Assembly (NCBI GenBank): GCA_963716725.1
Contig: CAVQUB010000003.1
Location: forward strand, 64,001-128,000
Direction of reading: 5' to 3'
Length of the DNA: 64,000 nucleotides
Source of the DNA: an uncultured delta proteobacterium
Lineage (GTDB): Bacteria > Myxococcota_A > Polyangia > Polyangiales > Polyangiaceae
This document shows positions 34,703 to 47,040 of this stretch, one piece after another (within the stretch, counting starts at the first letter, position 1; every line of letters starts with the position of its first letter). The notes beneath the pieces are model-generated. The model was given only the letters and a program-made list of their open reading frames with translations. It had not been told where the DNA came from and searched no databases. The position numbers and the translations under genes were made by a program.

Positions 34703-35385
34703 TCACCCCAAGGTCAACGGGCCGCTTCGGCCCAAGAACACGACAGTGCGCACCGCGCCGGAGGGCTCGAAGGTCGTATGAACGACGCTCTTTTCGGTGG
34801 CGAGTGTTCGCGACTTCCCACCAAGGCGCGTGCGACGCGTCTCGGCGCGAGCGCCTGTGAGCAGCAGCTCGAAGCGACAGGCATCACGCCGGCATTCGGC
34901 GCGCTCGAGTTGGATGCCGCTGAGTCCGAGGCGCGCGCGCTCGGTCGCAACGGCTCCCTTGCCAGCGCGAAGCCACGCGGCGTCCGCCGGCATCGCACGA
35001 AAGCGCCGTTCCATGGCCGCCGCATCTGCCCGCCGCAGACGCGGCGCTTTCGGCGCTGCGCGGCGCTTGGCTTCGGGCACCGGCGAGGCCTCGGCGGTTG
35101 AGGGCCACTTCAGCTCCAGCGCGGCCTTCAAGGTCTCCGCCTCGGTGAGTCCCGCGAACAGGACGCCCGTTGCACGACGGTTCGCAGCGGAAGCCGATCG
35201 CGCCGCGGCCGGCACCTCGGCGGCTGTTCCCTGCGGTGTAGCCACCGGGCGGCGTGGCTCGGCCGGCGCGGGGGTCACCGGGTTCGTGCGACCGGGCTGC
35301 GGCGGTTCATGCCGTGGCCAGAGCGCAAAGCCCGCAATGCACAGAAGGCCGGCAACGACCCACGCCTTCCGCATGACCGCGCCCT

Positions 35386-35389
<4 letters not shown>
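34703..35389 (-). CDS. Membrane-anchored ECRxxxCR protein (cassette copy 2)
   Basis: Paralog of 11088-11780. Confidence 0.75.
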
Positions 35390-38146
<2,757 letters not shown>

Positions 38147-38409
38147 GCCACCCACTCAAACCTCCCCGAGGACGTTGCGTTCGGTCCGTAGTATTCCCGA
38201 TTGGACGCGCAGAGTCAGCAATAAGCGCATCGAGGCAGCTGCTTTCGTAGGCGCATGGACGGCGATGTGGGCGGGGCCAATGACGACCGTCAAGTTGTCC
38301 GCGCGCCGAGAACCGCGCGAACTGCACCGCGGCCCTCGACACGCCCGTGCGCGTCACTGCACCGCAAGCCATCGATCACAATTCGAAGCGACCGCAGCAG
38401 ATGGGGCCG

Positions 38410-38492
38410 GACGATTGCTACTCCGAGCTGCGCTCCGACAATACACGCAGCCTGCGTCGCATCGAGATGAGCTACATCGGCGGGTGAGCGCG
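38410..38492 (+). repeat. 83-bp direct repeat (moaA 3' end), copy 2
   Basis: Still encodes YSELRSDNTRSLRRIEMSYIGG*. Confidence 0.95.
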
Positions 38493-38705
38493 CGCTCGCG
38501 CCTACCGCGAACGAGCTGCGCGCGCGGCGGTGTCCACGCCGTGCTCGCCGGAGGAGGAACGCGAGAACCCGCGGCGTACTTGGCAGCATCGTGCCCCCAT
38601 TTTTCGCGCGTGGCTCGTTCGTGGTCGCCGCAGTCGCCGGTGGATCGCGCAGGCAGCATTCCAGCTCCAAGTGGTTGGTGATAGCCTCGTGGTCGAGGTG
38701 AGGGC

Positions 38706-40052
38706 ATGCGGTTGATCAGCGTTGCGGCGATGGCATCGGTGGCACTGGTGGCGGCAGTCGCCTGCGGCAGCGACGACAGCGGAGGCGGCACCAACACCGG
38801 CGGGGGCGGCGGCACGGGCGCGACCGGGGGTGCTGGTGGCAGCGGCGGCAGCGGGAACATCGGCGGCGGCGGCGGTGCGAGCGGCAGCGGCGGTGCGAGC
38901 GGCAGCGGCGGCAGCAGTGGCGGTGCGAGCGGCGGCGGCGGTGCGGGCGCTACAGGCGGCGGCGGCAGCGGCGGTGCGGGCGCTACAGGCGGCGGCGGTA
39001 GCGGCGGTAGCGGCGGCAGCGGCGGCGGTGGCACCTCGCCCGATTGCAAGAAGCACGCGAGCGCGACCTTTGCGACGGCGTGCAACAGCTACGCGACCAC
39101 CTACTGCAAGTTGATGTGGAAGTGCGCGCCGGCGTTCATGTCGATCTTTGCTTTGGACTCCGAGGCGCAGTGCAGCGACCGCTTCGAGAAGATGTGCCTG
39201 CTGACGCAAGGTGCGCCGGGCAACAACTCGAAGGCTGCGCTGTACGCCGCGTACGCTGAGCTCATCGGGACCGTCACTTGCAACGATTTCTACTCCGGTG
39301 CTTTCAACGACCTCGGCGGCGGCACCCTCCAGCCCGAGTGCGGAGGGCCCGGAACGCTCGCCGACGGCAAGGGCTGCTACTCCGGAGCCCAGTGCAAGAG
39401 CGGAGACTGTGACAATCAGATGGGTGAAGCCTGCGGAAAGTGCGAAGCGGAACTTGCGGTCGGCGCGAGCTGCAAGTTCGACTCGGACTGCGGCAAAGGC
39501 CTCTTCTGCGACACGAACGACAAGTGCGCCGTGGACAAGAAGATCGGCCAGAGCTGCACCTTCAGCTCCGACTGCGAGGACGGCGCCTTCTGCGGCTCCA
39601 GTTCGAAGGTCTGCGTGGCAAAGGGCGGAGTGGGCGCCACCTGCAGCGTCGGCGAGTGCAAAGACAACCTGGTCTGCGGCAACGCCAAGACCTGCAAGAC
39701 GCCAAACTTCGGAGCCTTGGGTGCGACCTGCGACTCGTCGGAGCAGTACAGCTGCAACTCGTACGTGGGGCTAGAGTGCGACAAAACCACCCTCAAGTGC
39801 ATCCAGAGCCCGAGCAGCACGCCCGGCAGCAAGTGCGGCATGATCGCCACCGATGGCGGCTTCACCTATGCGCCCTTCTGCTCCGGCGCGACGTGCGTGA
39901 CGCCAAACGGCCAGAGCGAGGGCACCTGCATGAAGCCGGTGGCGGACGGCGCGACCTGCGACCTGAACCTCGGTCCGCCCTGTCTCTTCCCGGCCGGCTG
40001 CGTGAGCGGCAAGTGCACGCTGCCGAGCCCGACCGTGTGCCCGCCCGGCTGA
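38706..40052 (+). CDS. Gly-rich, Cys-rich surface lipoprotein
   Basis: Lipobox AVAC, long Gly/Ser linker, GxxC..xxxC..GL.C repeats. Confidence 0.85.
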   Translation: MRLISVAAMASVALVAAVACGSDDSGGGTNTGGGGGTGATGGAGGSGGSGNIGGGGGASGSGGASGSGGSSGGASGGGGAGATGGGGSGGAGATGGGGSGGSGGSGGGGTSPDCKKHASATFATACNSYATTYCKLMWKCAPAFMSIFALDSEAQCSDRFEKMCLLTQGAPGNNSKAALYAAYAELIGTVTCNDFYSGAFNDLGGGTLQPECGGPGTLADGKGCYSGAQCKSGDCDNQMGEACGKCEAELAVGASCKFDSDCGKGLFCDTNDKCAVDKKIGQSCTFSSDCEDGAFCGSSSKVCVAKGGVGATCSVGECKDNLVCGNAKTCKTPNFGALGATCDSSEQYSCNSYVGLECDKTTLKCIQSPSSTPGSKCGMIATDGGFTYAPFCSGATCVTPNGQSEGTCMKPVADGATCDLNLGPPCLFPAGCVSGKCTLPSPTVCPPG

Positions 40053-40113
40053 CCGCGGGCGCCGGTGGTGCGGGCGCGGCCTCCACCGGCTCCGGCGCCC
40101 TGGTGCGCACAGG

Positions 40114-40719
40114 TCACCCGTCGAGCGACGCCACCAGCTCGCGCAGCACACGGTGGCCATCCCGGAAGATCGGCCAGCCGTCGGCGACCAGCACGGCCTG
40201 CACCTTGGTGAAGTCGAGCAGCTGCCGAACCGAGTCGATGGCTGCCGCGCGATCCGCGAGCTTGCCGTCTGGGAGGATGGTGAGCGAGCCCGCGCGGTGC
40301 GCGCGCACAAGATCTCCCATGATCAAGCTGTGGTCGCCGACCAAGAGGGCCAGCTCACCTGGGGTCTTCGAGCCCTTCATCTCGATCACGGACACGCCTG
40401 GCAGAACCTCGTCGCCGGCCGCCAGCCAACGCTGGCAGGTGATCGGAAACCCGTCTTGCTCCGCGGCGGGCCCGGCGATCTCGGCGCCGGTCCAGCCGGC
40501 GATCTTCTGGCTGTCGCGCACGTGATCGGAGTTCGTCACGATGATCAGCGACGCGCCGCCAAGCTCGCGCAGATGCGCCTCGTCGTGGGGCGTGAGCGGT
40601 TGCGGGTCGATGAGCACGTTGCCCTCGGGGCGCACCCACAGCCAGCTGTGAAAGTCGATGTTGCGAGCCTCGTCGAAGACCGACCAGCAAAAGAACTCGG
40701 GGCGGTGCAGCTGCTTCAT
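40114..40719 (-). CDS. MBL-fold hydrolase-like protein
   Basis: GNVLIDP, VTNSDHVR, GSKTPGE, MGDL, LVADG; degenerate HxHxDH. Confidence 0.75.
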   Translation of the reverse strand: MKQLHRPEFFCWSVFDEARNIDFHSWLWVRPEGNVLIDPQPLTPHDEAHLRELGGASLIIVTNSDHVRDSQKIAGWTGAEIAGPAAEQDGFPITCQRWLAAGDEVLPGVSVIEMKGSKTPGELALLVGDHSLIMGDLVRAHRAGSLTILPDGKLADRAAAIDSVRQLLDFTKVQAVLVADGWPIFRDGHRVLRELVASLDG

Positions 40720-40725
40720 CGTGTA

Positions 40726-41538
40726 GTGTCGGGTATCGCGACGCTTCGCAGAGGTCAACGCAGGAGCGCGACGCTGCTCGTGGTCGCGACGATGTCGTGC
40801 GCGGCTCCCCGGGTGGTCGAGCCGAAGCCGGTCCCGGCGCCGTTGACCCAAAAGCCCTTCGCAACCCCGGCGCCAGACCCCGAGATCGAGACGCTCAGCC
40901 TGCCCGTTGACGGCTTCTTGCCCGCGGTGCTGGTCCTGCCAGCGACGACCACGCCGCGTCCGCTGCTGGTGGTGGCCCACGGCGCCGGGGACAAGCCCGA
41001 GTGGCAGTGCGAGTGGTGGTCGGCGGCCCTGGGCTCCCGCGCGGTGGTGCTGTGCCTGCGAGGCTCGGCCATGTACCCCCGCAAGGCGGACACCGGGTTC
41101 TACTTTCGAGATCACCACGCCCTGGGTCAGGAGCTCGTGGCGGCCCTTCGTGCCCTCGAGCGCCACCGGGATCGCATCGCGGACGGGCCGCCGGTCTTCG
41201 CGGGCTACTCCCAGGGTGCGATCATGGGCGCGATCGTCGCGCAGGAGCAGGCGCCGCTCTTCTCGCGGCTGATCCTGATCGAAGGCGGCTACGACGAATG
41301 GAACGTTGCGAACGCCAAGCGCTTGGCCAGGGCTGACGCGCCGCGAGTCCTCTTCGCCTGCGGGCAGGTGTACTGCGCTGACCGGGCGCGCAAGTCGATG
41401 CAGTGGCTGGCGCGTGCCGGTGTGAAGGTCCGGCTCGAGCACGCGCCGCGCGGCGGACACACCTACGCCGGTGCGGTCGGCCAGCGGGTGCAGAGCGCGT
41501 TTGCTTGGGTCATTGAGGGGGACGCGCGCTGGCGCTAG
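40726..41538 (+). CDS. Secreted alpha/beta hydrolase (esterase-like)
   Basis: VVAHGAG, AGYSQGA, GHTY; start uncertain. Confidence 0.75.
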   Translation: MSGIATLRRGQRRSATLLVVATMSCAAPRVVEPKPVPAPLTQKPFATPAPDPEIETLSLPVDGFLPAVLVLPATTTPRPLLVVAHGAGDKPEWQCEWWSAALGSRAVVLCLRGSAMYPRKADTGFYFRDHHALGQELVAALRALERHRDRIADGPPVFAGYSQGAIMGAIVAQEQAPLFSRLILIEGGYDEWNVANAKRLARADAPRVLFACGQVYCADRARKSMQWLARAGVKVRLEHAPRGGHTYAGAVGQRVQSAFAWVIEGDARWR

Positions 41539-41542
41539 CCCC

Positions 41543-42829
41543 TCACTTCTTCGCGACGGTCTTGGCGCGGCCGGTCTTGGCGGCCTTGGCGGGCTCGGAC
41601 TGGCCGCTCGCGGTCTTGTAGAGCTCGTCGAGGGCCAGGCTTGCTCCCAAGAAGAAGCGAGCGTCGGGGCTGTACAGGATGTTGCGGCGTTCGCTGCTGG
41701 GTCCGAGCTGACCGGTGAGGTTCTCGTAGGCCAGGGCGACGCCGAACTCCTTGGTGACGTCGACGCTGACTTCGGTGGAGAAGTAGGTGTTCACGCCGAA
41801 GTTCTTGGGCTCGTCGACCCGCTCAGGCGTCACGCAACCCGTGGAGACGTTGCAGATCTCAGCGTCGTCCTGGAACTTGTACTTCCAGAACATCGTCCAG
41901 CCCATGCCGGTGGTCAACGTCACCTTCTCGTGGATTTGCAGGCCCGCCTCTAGGCGCATCGGCACCGAGTGCTCGGCGAAAGCGCCAGCGCTCAGCTGAT
42001 CGGTCGAGACCGCGCGCCCGTCCGGATCCATGCGGACGCGGTCGAGATCCGAATTGGTGGGCGTGGTCGCACGGCTGAACCAGTGCGTGTACCCGACGGT
42101 GAACGACCCAGTGGCCGTGGAGAGCCACTCTTGATCGCCGCCGGTGAGCGGGATCTGCTGGCCGATGCCGACGCTGGCGCCAAGGGCGAAGTAGCGACCG
42201 TTGTTGGCGCTGACCTTCGAGGTGGGCAGGTCGAGGTTGGGTACGCGCAGGCGAAGATCGGTCTTGTAGTCGCCGTCCTTGGCAAGGTCGCGACCGTAGG
42301 CGCCTTGAATGCGGAAGTCGCTGAAAGACCACTCGCCACGGCGGGACGTCGAGTCGCTGTTGGTGAACTCGCGGTACACACCGAAGTCGCCGCGGATGCT
42401 GATGTTCTGGTCCTCGTCGTCGTAGACGTACCAGCGCGGGAGCAGGTTGAACGCCATCTCGTAGCTCGGGTTGCTGGACTGGTAGTCCTGTCCGATGCCG
42501 ACGGTCTCGGTGGAGACGCTGTTGCCCCAGACGAAGCCCGTGCCACGCCACTTGAGCTTCTCGGGCTTCTTGGCGGCAGCGCCGGGCTGACCGGGCTTCT
42601 TGCCCGTATCGGCCTGCGGCGCGGTGCTCGCACCGAACGAGAGGCCAGGTGCCGGTGCGGGTGCAGCCTCGGGAGGTGGCGTGGCCGGGGGCGGCTCCGC
42701 AGGCGGCGGCTCGGCAGGCGGCGGCTCCGCTGGAGGCGGCGCGGGCTCTTCGTCCTGAGCGAAGCTGGTGTTTGCAAAGAGGAGGGAGGTCGCGGCAAAT
42801 GCGACCCAGCCCAAGCTGCTGCGCTTCAT
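41543..42829 (-). CDS. Probable outer-membrane beta-barrel protein
   Basis: Signal peptide, Pro-rich linker, alternating beta-strand pattern. Confidence 0.6.
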   Translation of the reverse strand: MKRSSLGWVAFAATSLLFANTSFAQDEEPAPPPAEPPPAEPPPAEPPPATPPPEAAPAPAPGLSFGASTAPQADTGKKPGQPGAAAKKPEKLKWRGTGFVWGNSVSTETVGIGQDYQSSNPSYEMAFNLLPRWYVYDDEDQNISIRGDFGVYREFTNSDSTSRRGEWSFSDFRIQGAYGRDLAKDGDYKTDLRLRVPNLDLPTSKVSANNGRYFALGASVGIGQQIPLTGGDQEWLSTATGSFTVGYTHWFSRATTPTNSDLDRVRMDPDGRAVSTDQLSAGAFAEHSVPMRLEAGLQIHEKVTLTTGMGWTMFWKYKFQDDAEICNVSTGCVTPERVDEPKNFGVNTYFSTEVSVDVTKEFGVALAYENLTGQLGPSSERRNILYSPDARFFLGASLALDELYKTASGQSEPAKAAKTGRAKTVAKK

Positions 42830-43087
42830 GGTTCTCCTGAGCCTCGCTGTGCAGAACGGCCATGAGGCCGGTCCGACCCCGGGAGCGGGGTGCTCCCATA
42901 GCCATGCACCGGTGTCAACGAGACACCGGTCGGTCCACACAAGCAGGATTCGGGCCGACAGCGCGGCAAGCTGGAACGGCCGCAGATCGACCGCCTTTTC
43001 CCCGTACGGCGCCGGGGCGTCACCCCTCGAACGGCTCGGAGCGTTAGCAAGCAGACGGCCCTTTGGAGCTAGGATGCGCCAGGCTCA

Positions 43088-43432
43088 ATGGACCCCACTC
43101 TTCCCGCCACCGAGATCACGGCGCTGCTCGGCCGAGGCACTCACTTCGAGGGCAAGCTGGCCTTCGAAGGGCGCGTTCGCATCGACGGCAGCTTCAAAGG
43201 CGAGATCAAGAGCGCGGACGTGCTCATCGTCGGAGAGGGCGCGGAGATCGAGGCCGAGATCGAAGCGGGCACGGTGATCATCAAGGGCGGCAGCGTCACC
43301 GGCAACGTGCGCGCGCGCCAGAGCATCGAGCTCTACGTGCCCGCCAACGTCACCGGCAACCTGCACGCGCCGGAGATCTTCATGGACAAGGGCGTGCAGT
43401 TCTCTGGAAACTGCACGATGGCGCCGCTTTGA
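43088..43432 (+). CDS. Bactofilin (polymer-forming cytoskeletal protein)
   Basis: LGRGTHFEGKL.FEG.VRIDG..GEI, V.GN..A, G..F.G.C.M. Confidence 0.92.
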   Translation: MDPTLPATEITALLGRGTHFEGKLAFEGRVRIDGSFKGEIKSADVLIVGEGAEIEAEIEAGTVIIKGGSVTGNVRARQSIELYVPANVTGNLHAPEIFMDKGVQFSGNCTMAPL

Positions 43433-43436
43433 CCGC

Positions 43437-45149
43437 TCAGCGTTTCGGGCGTTCGTAGACCCAGACCACGGGGACGCCGTCGTACGCGCCCACATGCGCC
43501 GGCGCGATGGTGCCGTAGTCGACCCACAGCTGATACTCGACGCGCAGCATGTGTGGCTCGTGGTGGTAGAGCGCGAAGCTCGATCCGGCGGGGGACCACG
43601 CCGCGCGCAGATCGGCCCGCAGGCGGCCGTCTCGGACCATCTGATCCCAGCTCTGCATCGCGGTGTCGTGCACGTACACCGACGCGTTGGGCGGCGCGCG
43701 CTCGTTCAAGAAGCCCTGCACGGAGCCGGTGGTGTAGCCCCAGAACGATCGATTCAGTCCCAGGCTTGCGGCTCCCGGCGCACCGCCGACCAGGGGCGTG
43801 TAGGCGCCGAGCCCCCAGGGGTGCGAGCCGATGGCGATGGCGATGGGGGCGGCGACGGCGCTGGCGGCGAGTCCCAGCTGGGCCGCGGCGCGGGCCAACC
43901 GGCGGCGCTCGGCGAGAAAGCTCGAGAGCGCCCGGCTCACCAGCACGAAGCCCCGCGCCGCAAATAGCGCCATGAAGGGGTAGGCAGTGATCCAGTGCTT
44001 GGTGCCGCCAAAGATCGGCGTGCTCTTGGAGATCCACGGCGCGTAGCTGGTCAGGATGCAGCCAAGCCAGAGCAGCTCCGTCGAGAACAGCTCGCGGTCA
44101 GCCGGCGACGATGCGCTGGGCTCCGGGCGACCAAGGCGCTTGGCGACGGCGCGCTGCCACGCACCCAGGCGCACGACCAGGCCGCGCTTGGTGGCGTCGC
44201 CAAGGCCGATCACGAACAAGAGCAGCGTGATGGCGGGCACCGTGGCCACCGTCATGACCCAGGCGTAGCCGAGCGGCATCGGCGGCTTCCAGTAGGTCCG
44301 CCCGAGGAACTCCATGTTGTAATATTCGTGGCCCGTGTGAAACGCGACGTAGGCGGCCAGACGTTTCCCGGTGTCGTGCCAGATCCAAGGCCACAGCGCG
44401 TAGAACACCGCGGGACCGATCACCGCCATGGCGATCAGGGCGAGCGGCGCCCGCACGCGTCCCGTGCGCAGCTCCCGCCAGAACCCCCCGCCGCGAGCGA
44501 CGACGAAATGCACGATCAGCGCCGGAGGCAAGAGCCACGAGTTGTGCTTGGTGTCGAGCAAGAGTCCGTAGAGCACACCGGTTGCGATGGCCCAGAGCCA
44601 CCCGCCCCCAGAGATTGATCGCCAGTAGGCATAGGTGGTGAGCAGCCACATGGCCGCCACTGGCATGTCGAAGCAATCGAGGTGCGAGTGGTAGAAGACG
44701 CGTGGCATCATCGCGAGGGAGAGCGCCGCGACGAGTCCGGCCAAGCGCCCGCTGACGCGCCGGCCCCAGAGGTAGGTCACCGCCACGGTGACGCCCGACA
44801 GCACCATGCCGGGGAAACGGAAGCTGGTGCCTTCTTCCGCGATCAGCTTCCACTTGGTGTGCAGGAAGTGGTGCGACAGCGCGAAGAGCGACTTGACCAG
44901 CGCCGGGTGCTCGTTGTTCGCGACCCAGTAGCGATCGATGGTCGCGCGCTCGAAGGCCGCCTTCGGCGAGTCGAACAGGATCTGGAACCAGCCTTGGTAG
45001 CTGCGCGCCGCCTGGAAATAGAAGCCCTCGTCGCGGGCGTAGCCGAGATCGTGGCTCGTGCGGAGCAAGAGCCAGACGTAGCCGACGGCCAGCCCCAGCC
45101 CGATCAGGGGGTCGACGCACGCCAGAACGAAGCGGCGGGCGCGGCTCAT
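43437..45149 (-). CDS. GT-C (ArnT/PMT_2-like) membrane glycosyltransferase
   Basis: RDEGFY, EHPALVK, multiple TM segments, FDMP, TKH. Confidence 0.8.
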   Translation of the reverse strand: MSRARRFVLACVDPLIGLGLAVGYVWLLLRTSHDLGYARDEGFYFQAARSYQGWFQILFDSPKAAFERATIDRYWVANNEHPALVKSLFALSHHFLHTKWKLIAEEGTSFRFPGMVLSGVTVAVTYLWGRRVSGRLAGLVAALSLAMMPRVFYHSHLDCFDMPVAAMWLLTTYAYWRSISGGGWLWAIATGVLYGLLLDTKHNSWLLPPALIVHFVVARGGGFWRELRTGRVRAPLALIAMAVIGPAVFYALWPWIWHDTGKRLAAYVAFHTGHEYYNMEFLGRTYWKPPMPLGYAWVMTVATVPAITLLLFVIGLGDATKRGLVVRLGAWQRAVAKRLGRPEPSASSPADRELFSTELLWLGCILTSYAPWISKSTPIFGGTKHWITAYPFMALFAARGFVLVSRALSSFLAERRRLARAAAQLGLAASAVAAPIAIAIGSHPWGLGAYTPLVGGAPGAASLGLNRSFWGYTTGSVQGFLNERAPPNASVYVHDTAMQSWDQMVRDGRLRADLRAAWSPAGSSFALYHHEPHMLRVEYQLWVDYGTIAPAHVGAYDGVPVVWVYERPKR

Positions 45150-46057
45150 CGGGTGTCCGCCTGAAAGCAAAAGTGGCGATCTTTGACCACCGAGCTCCGA
45201 ACCTCGATCTCGACCTCGTGGGTCTCGCCAGCGCGACCGGTGTCGAAGCTGAAAGGCGCGAAGCCCTGCTCGTCGCGGTGCGAGTAGGTGCCGATGCTGG
45301 TCCCAGCGACGCGCACCTCGATCTCGACGGGAGGAGCGCCCACGCTGTCCCGAAACAGGAGCCAAGGAAGGCCGCCGTAGCCGCGGATCTTCTTGCCGAG
45401 GGGGACTCGCTCGAACCTCAAGCGAAGCGGCGCGCCCGGAGGTGGATGGGCCCAGATGCAGCGGCGGGGCCGGTACTCGCGGTGGTCGTCGATCACGGTC
45501 ACACCGGCGAAGAACCACTCGCCGGCCGGGCACATGAAACGCTGCGCCGGAAATGTCGGGTTGCCGCCGAGGCCGCCGGACGAGATCGCTGCGTTGGCGT
45601 TCCAAGCGCACGGCTTGGCGCCTTCGAAGACCTTTGCGTGCTCGGGCTTCAGATGGTCGACGAAGTCGAAGCTCACCGGCTCGGGCGCGGGGTTCTGCAG
45701 CGTACGCAGCCTGAAGCGGCCGTGCCTTTCCTCGCTCACGGGTCGCCAGCCCGCGAGCTCGGGCGCGCGCTCGCCCATCGCCGAGATCTCGATGGCCCGG
45801 GCGTAGCGAGTCTCGTCAGGGCGTGCGACGTCGGCGAGAGGCATCAGCGAGTCGCCGAGCGCTTGACGCGCCAGCGGATCGGCCCAACGCGGTGCGACCA
45901 CGACCAGCTCGTCGGTCTTGCGCAACGCAGCGACGGGCTCGCGCAGGCTCGCCCATTCATCGACGCCGGGCGCGCGGCGGGAGAAGTAGTAGTACGCGCC
46001 GAGCTCCGCGATGCCCGCGAGCGGCACGGCCAGCCAGAGCATGCGCCTGCGGGACAT
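45146..46057 (-). CDS. Membrane-anchored hypothetical protein co-transcribed with the GT-C gene
   Basis: N-terminal TM; RRCIWAHP; ATGA overlap. Confidence 0.7.
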   Translation of the reverse strand: MSRRRMLWLAVPLAGIAELGAYYYFSRRAPGVDEWASLREPVAALRKTDELVVVAPRWADPLARQALGDSLMPLADVARPDETRYARAIEISAMGERAPELAGWRPVSEERHGRFRLRTLQNPAPEPVSFDFVDHLKPEHAKVFEGAKPCAWNANAAISSGGLGGNPTFPAQRFMCPAGEWFFAGVTVIDDHREYRPRRCIWAHPPPGAPLRLRFERVPLGKKIRGYGGLPWLLFRDSVGAPPVEIEVRVAGTSIGTYSHRDEQGFAPFSFDTGRAGETHEVEIEVRSSVVKDRHFCFQADTR

Positions 46058-46230
46058 GGGGGCGCGAGCTTAGGTCAAAGCGGAGCGATTCTCGGCGGTG
46101 GAGTGCGGCCTGACCGCGAACTCCCACCTAGCGTGGTCAACTTTTCGACAACGCAGTGCGGCGTTTTCAGAATTGAAAGCCTGCCTTGGTACATGCCCCA
46201 CTAACTATCTGAAATCGGGTTCTTTTGGCC

Positions 46231-46246
46231 TGGCACGTCGCGTGCA
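46231..46246 (+). promoter_or_regulatory. sigma54 -24/-12 promoter
   Basis: TGGCACGTCGCGTGCA preceded by an AT-rich tract; predicts +1 near 46257. Confidence 0.7.
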
Positions 46247-46256
46247 AACTACTTCA

Positions 46257-46418
46257 ATCGGCGGCAGCGAATGGACTGCCAGACAGTTCTCTCTTCCGCC
46301 GAACACTACGCACGGTGACGCTGACGATCCCCCCCCTCCGTTAGTGGCACCGTGCTTTTCTCACCCACGGCAGTGTTGGAACGTCCCCCCCCGGTCCGAC
46401 CTGCCGTGGTTTTTTTTT
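46257..46418 (+). ncRNA. Candidate Pxr-like three-hairpin sRNA with C-rich loops
   Basis: SL1 46258-46302, SL2 46310-46355 (C8 loop), SL3 46365-46409 (C8 loop) followed by T9; no credible ORF. Confidence 0.75.
46365..46418 (+). terminator. Rho-independent terminator (SL3 of the sRNA)
   Basis: CCACGGCAG/CTGCCGTGG stem followed by T9. Confidence 0.85.
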
Positions 46419-46443
46419 GTGCGCCGTGTAGAAGTCGCGGCGC

Positions 46444-47040
46444 ATGTCTCACGCCACTGAGTTCCGCGACGAAGCCATCCAGATCCTGAACCAGCTGGAC
46501 ACCGAGGCCGTCGAGCGGCTCGCCGCGCTGGTGGTGGCGCTGCGCGCACGCGGCGGTCGGCTGTTCGTGCTCGGGGTGGGCGGGAGCGCGGCGAATGCGT
46601 CGCATGCCGTGAACGACTTTCGGAAGCTCTGCGGCATCGAGACCTACGCTCCCACGGACAACGTCTCCGAGCTCACCGCGCGCGTGAACGACGACGGATG
46701 GGAGACGACCTTCGAGCGCTGGCTGGAGGTCAGTCGACTGGGTGACAAGGACATGGTGCTGGTGTTCTCGGTGGGTGGCGGCAGCCTCGAGAAGAACGTG
46801 AGCCCCAACCTGGTGCGGGCGCTCAGCCTCGCAAAGCGCGTCGGTGCGAGCATCGGCGGCGTCGTTGGGCGTGACGGCGGGTACACGGCTCAGGTGGCGG
46901 ACGCCTGCGTGATCGTGCCGACGGTCAACCCCAAGGCGATCACGCCCCACACCGAGGCCTTTCAAGCCGTGGTGTGGCACCTGTTGGTCTCCCACCCATC
47001 CTTGCAGCTGTCGGCGACCAAATGGGAGAGCACGCGATGA
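46444..47040 (+). CDS. gmhA: Phosphoheptose isomerase-like SIS protein
   Basis: GVGGSAANASH..ND, LTARVND, FSVGG, HTEA. Confidence 0.8.
   Translation: MSHATEFRDEAIQILNQLDTEAVERLAALVVALRARGGRLFVLGVGGSAANASHAVNDFRKLCGIETYAPTDNVSELTARVNDDGWETTFERWLEVSRLGDKDMVLVFSVGGGSLEKNVSPNLVRALSLAKRVGASIGGVVGRDGGYTAQVADACVIVPTVNPKAITPHTEAFQAVVWHLLVSHPSLQLSATKWESTR

Noticed and set aside
38790..39030. Tandem repeats or a CRISPR-like array
   Set aside because: In-frame Gly/Ser/Ala linker codons, with no repeat-spacer structure and no cas genes.
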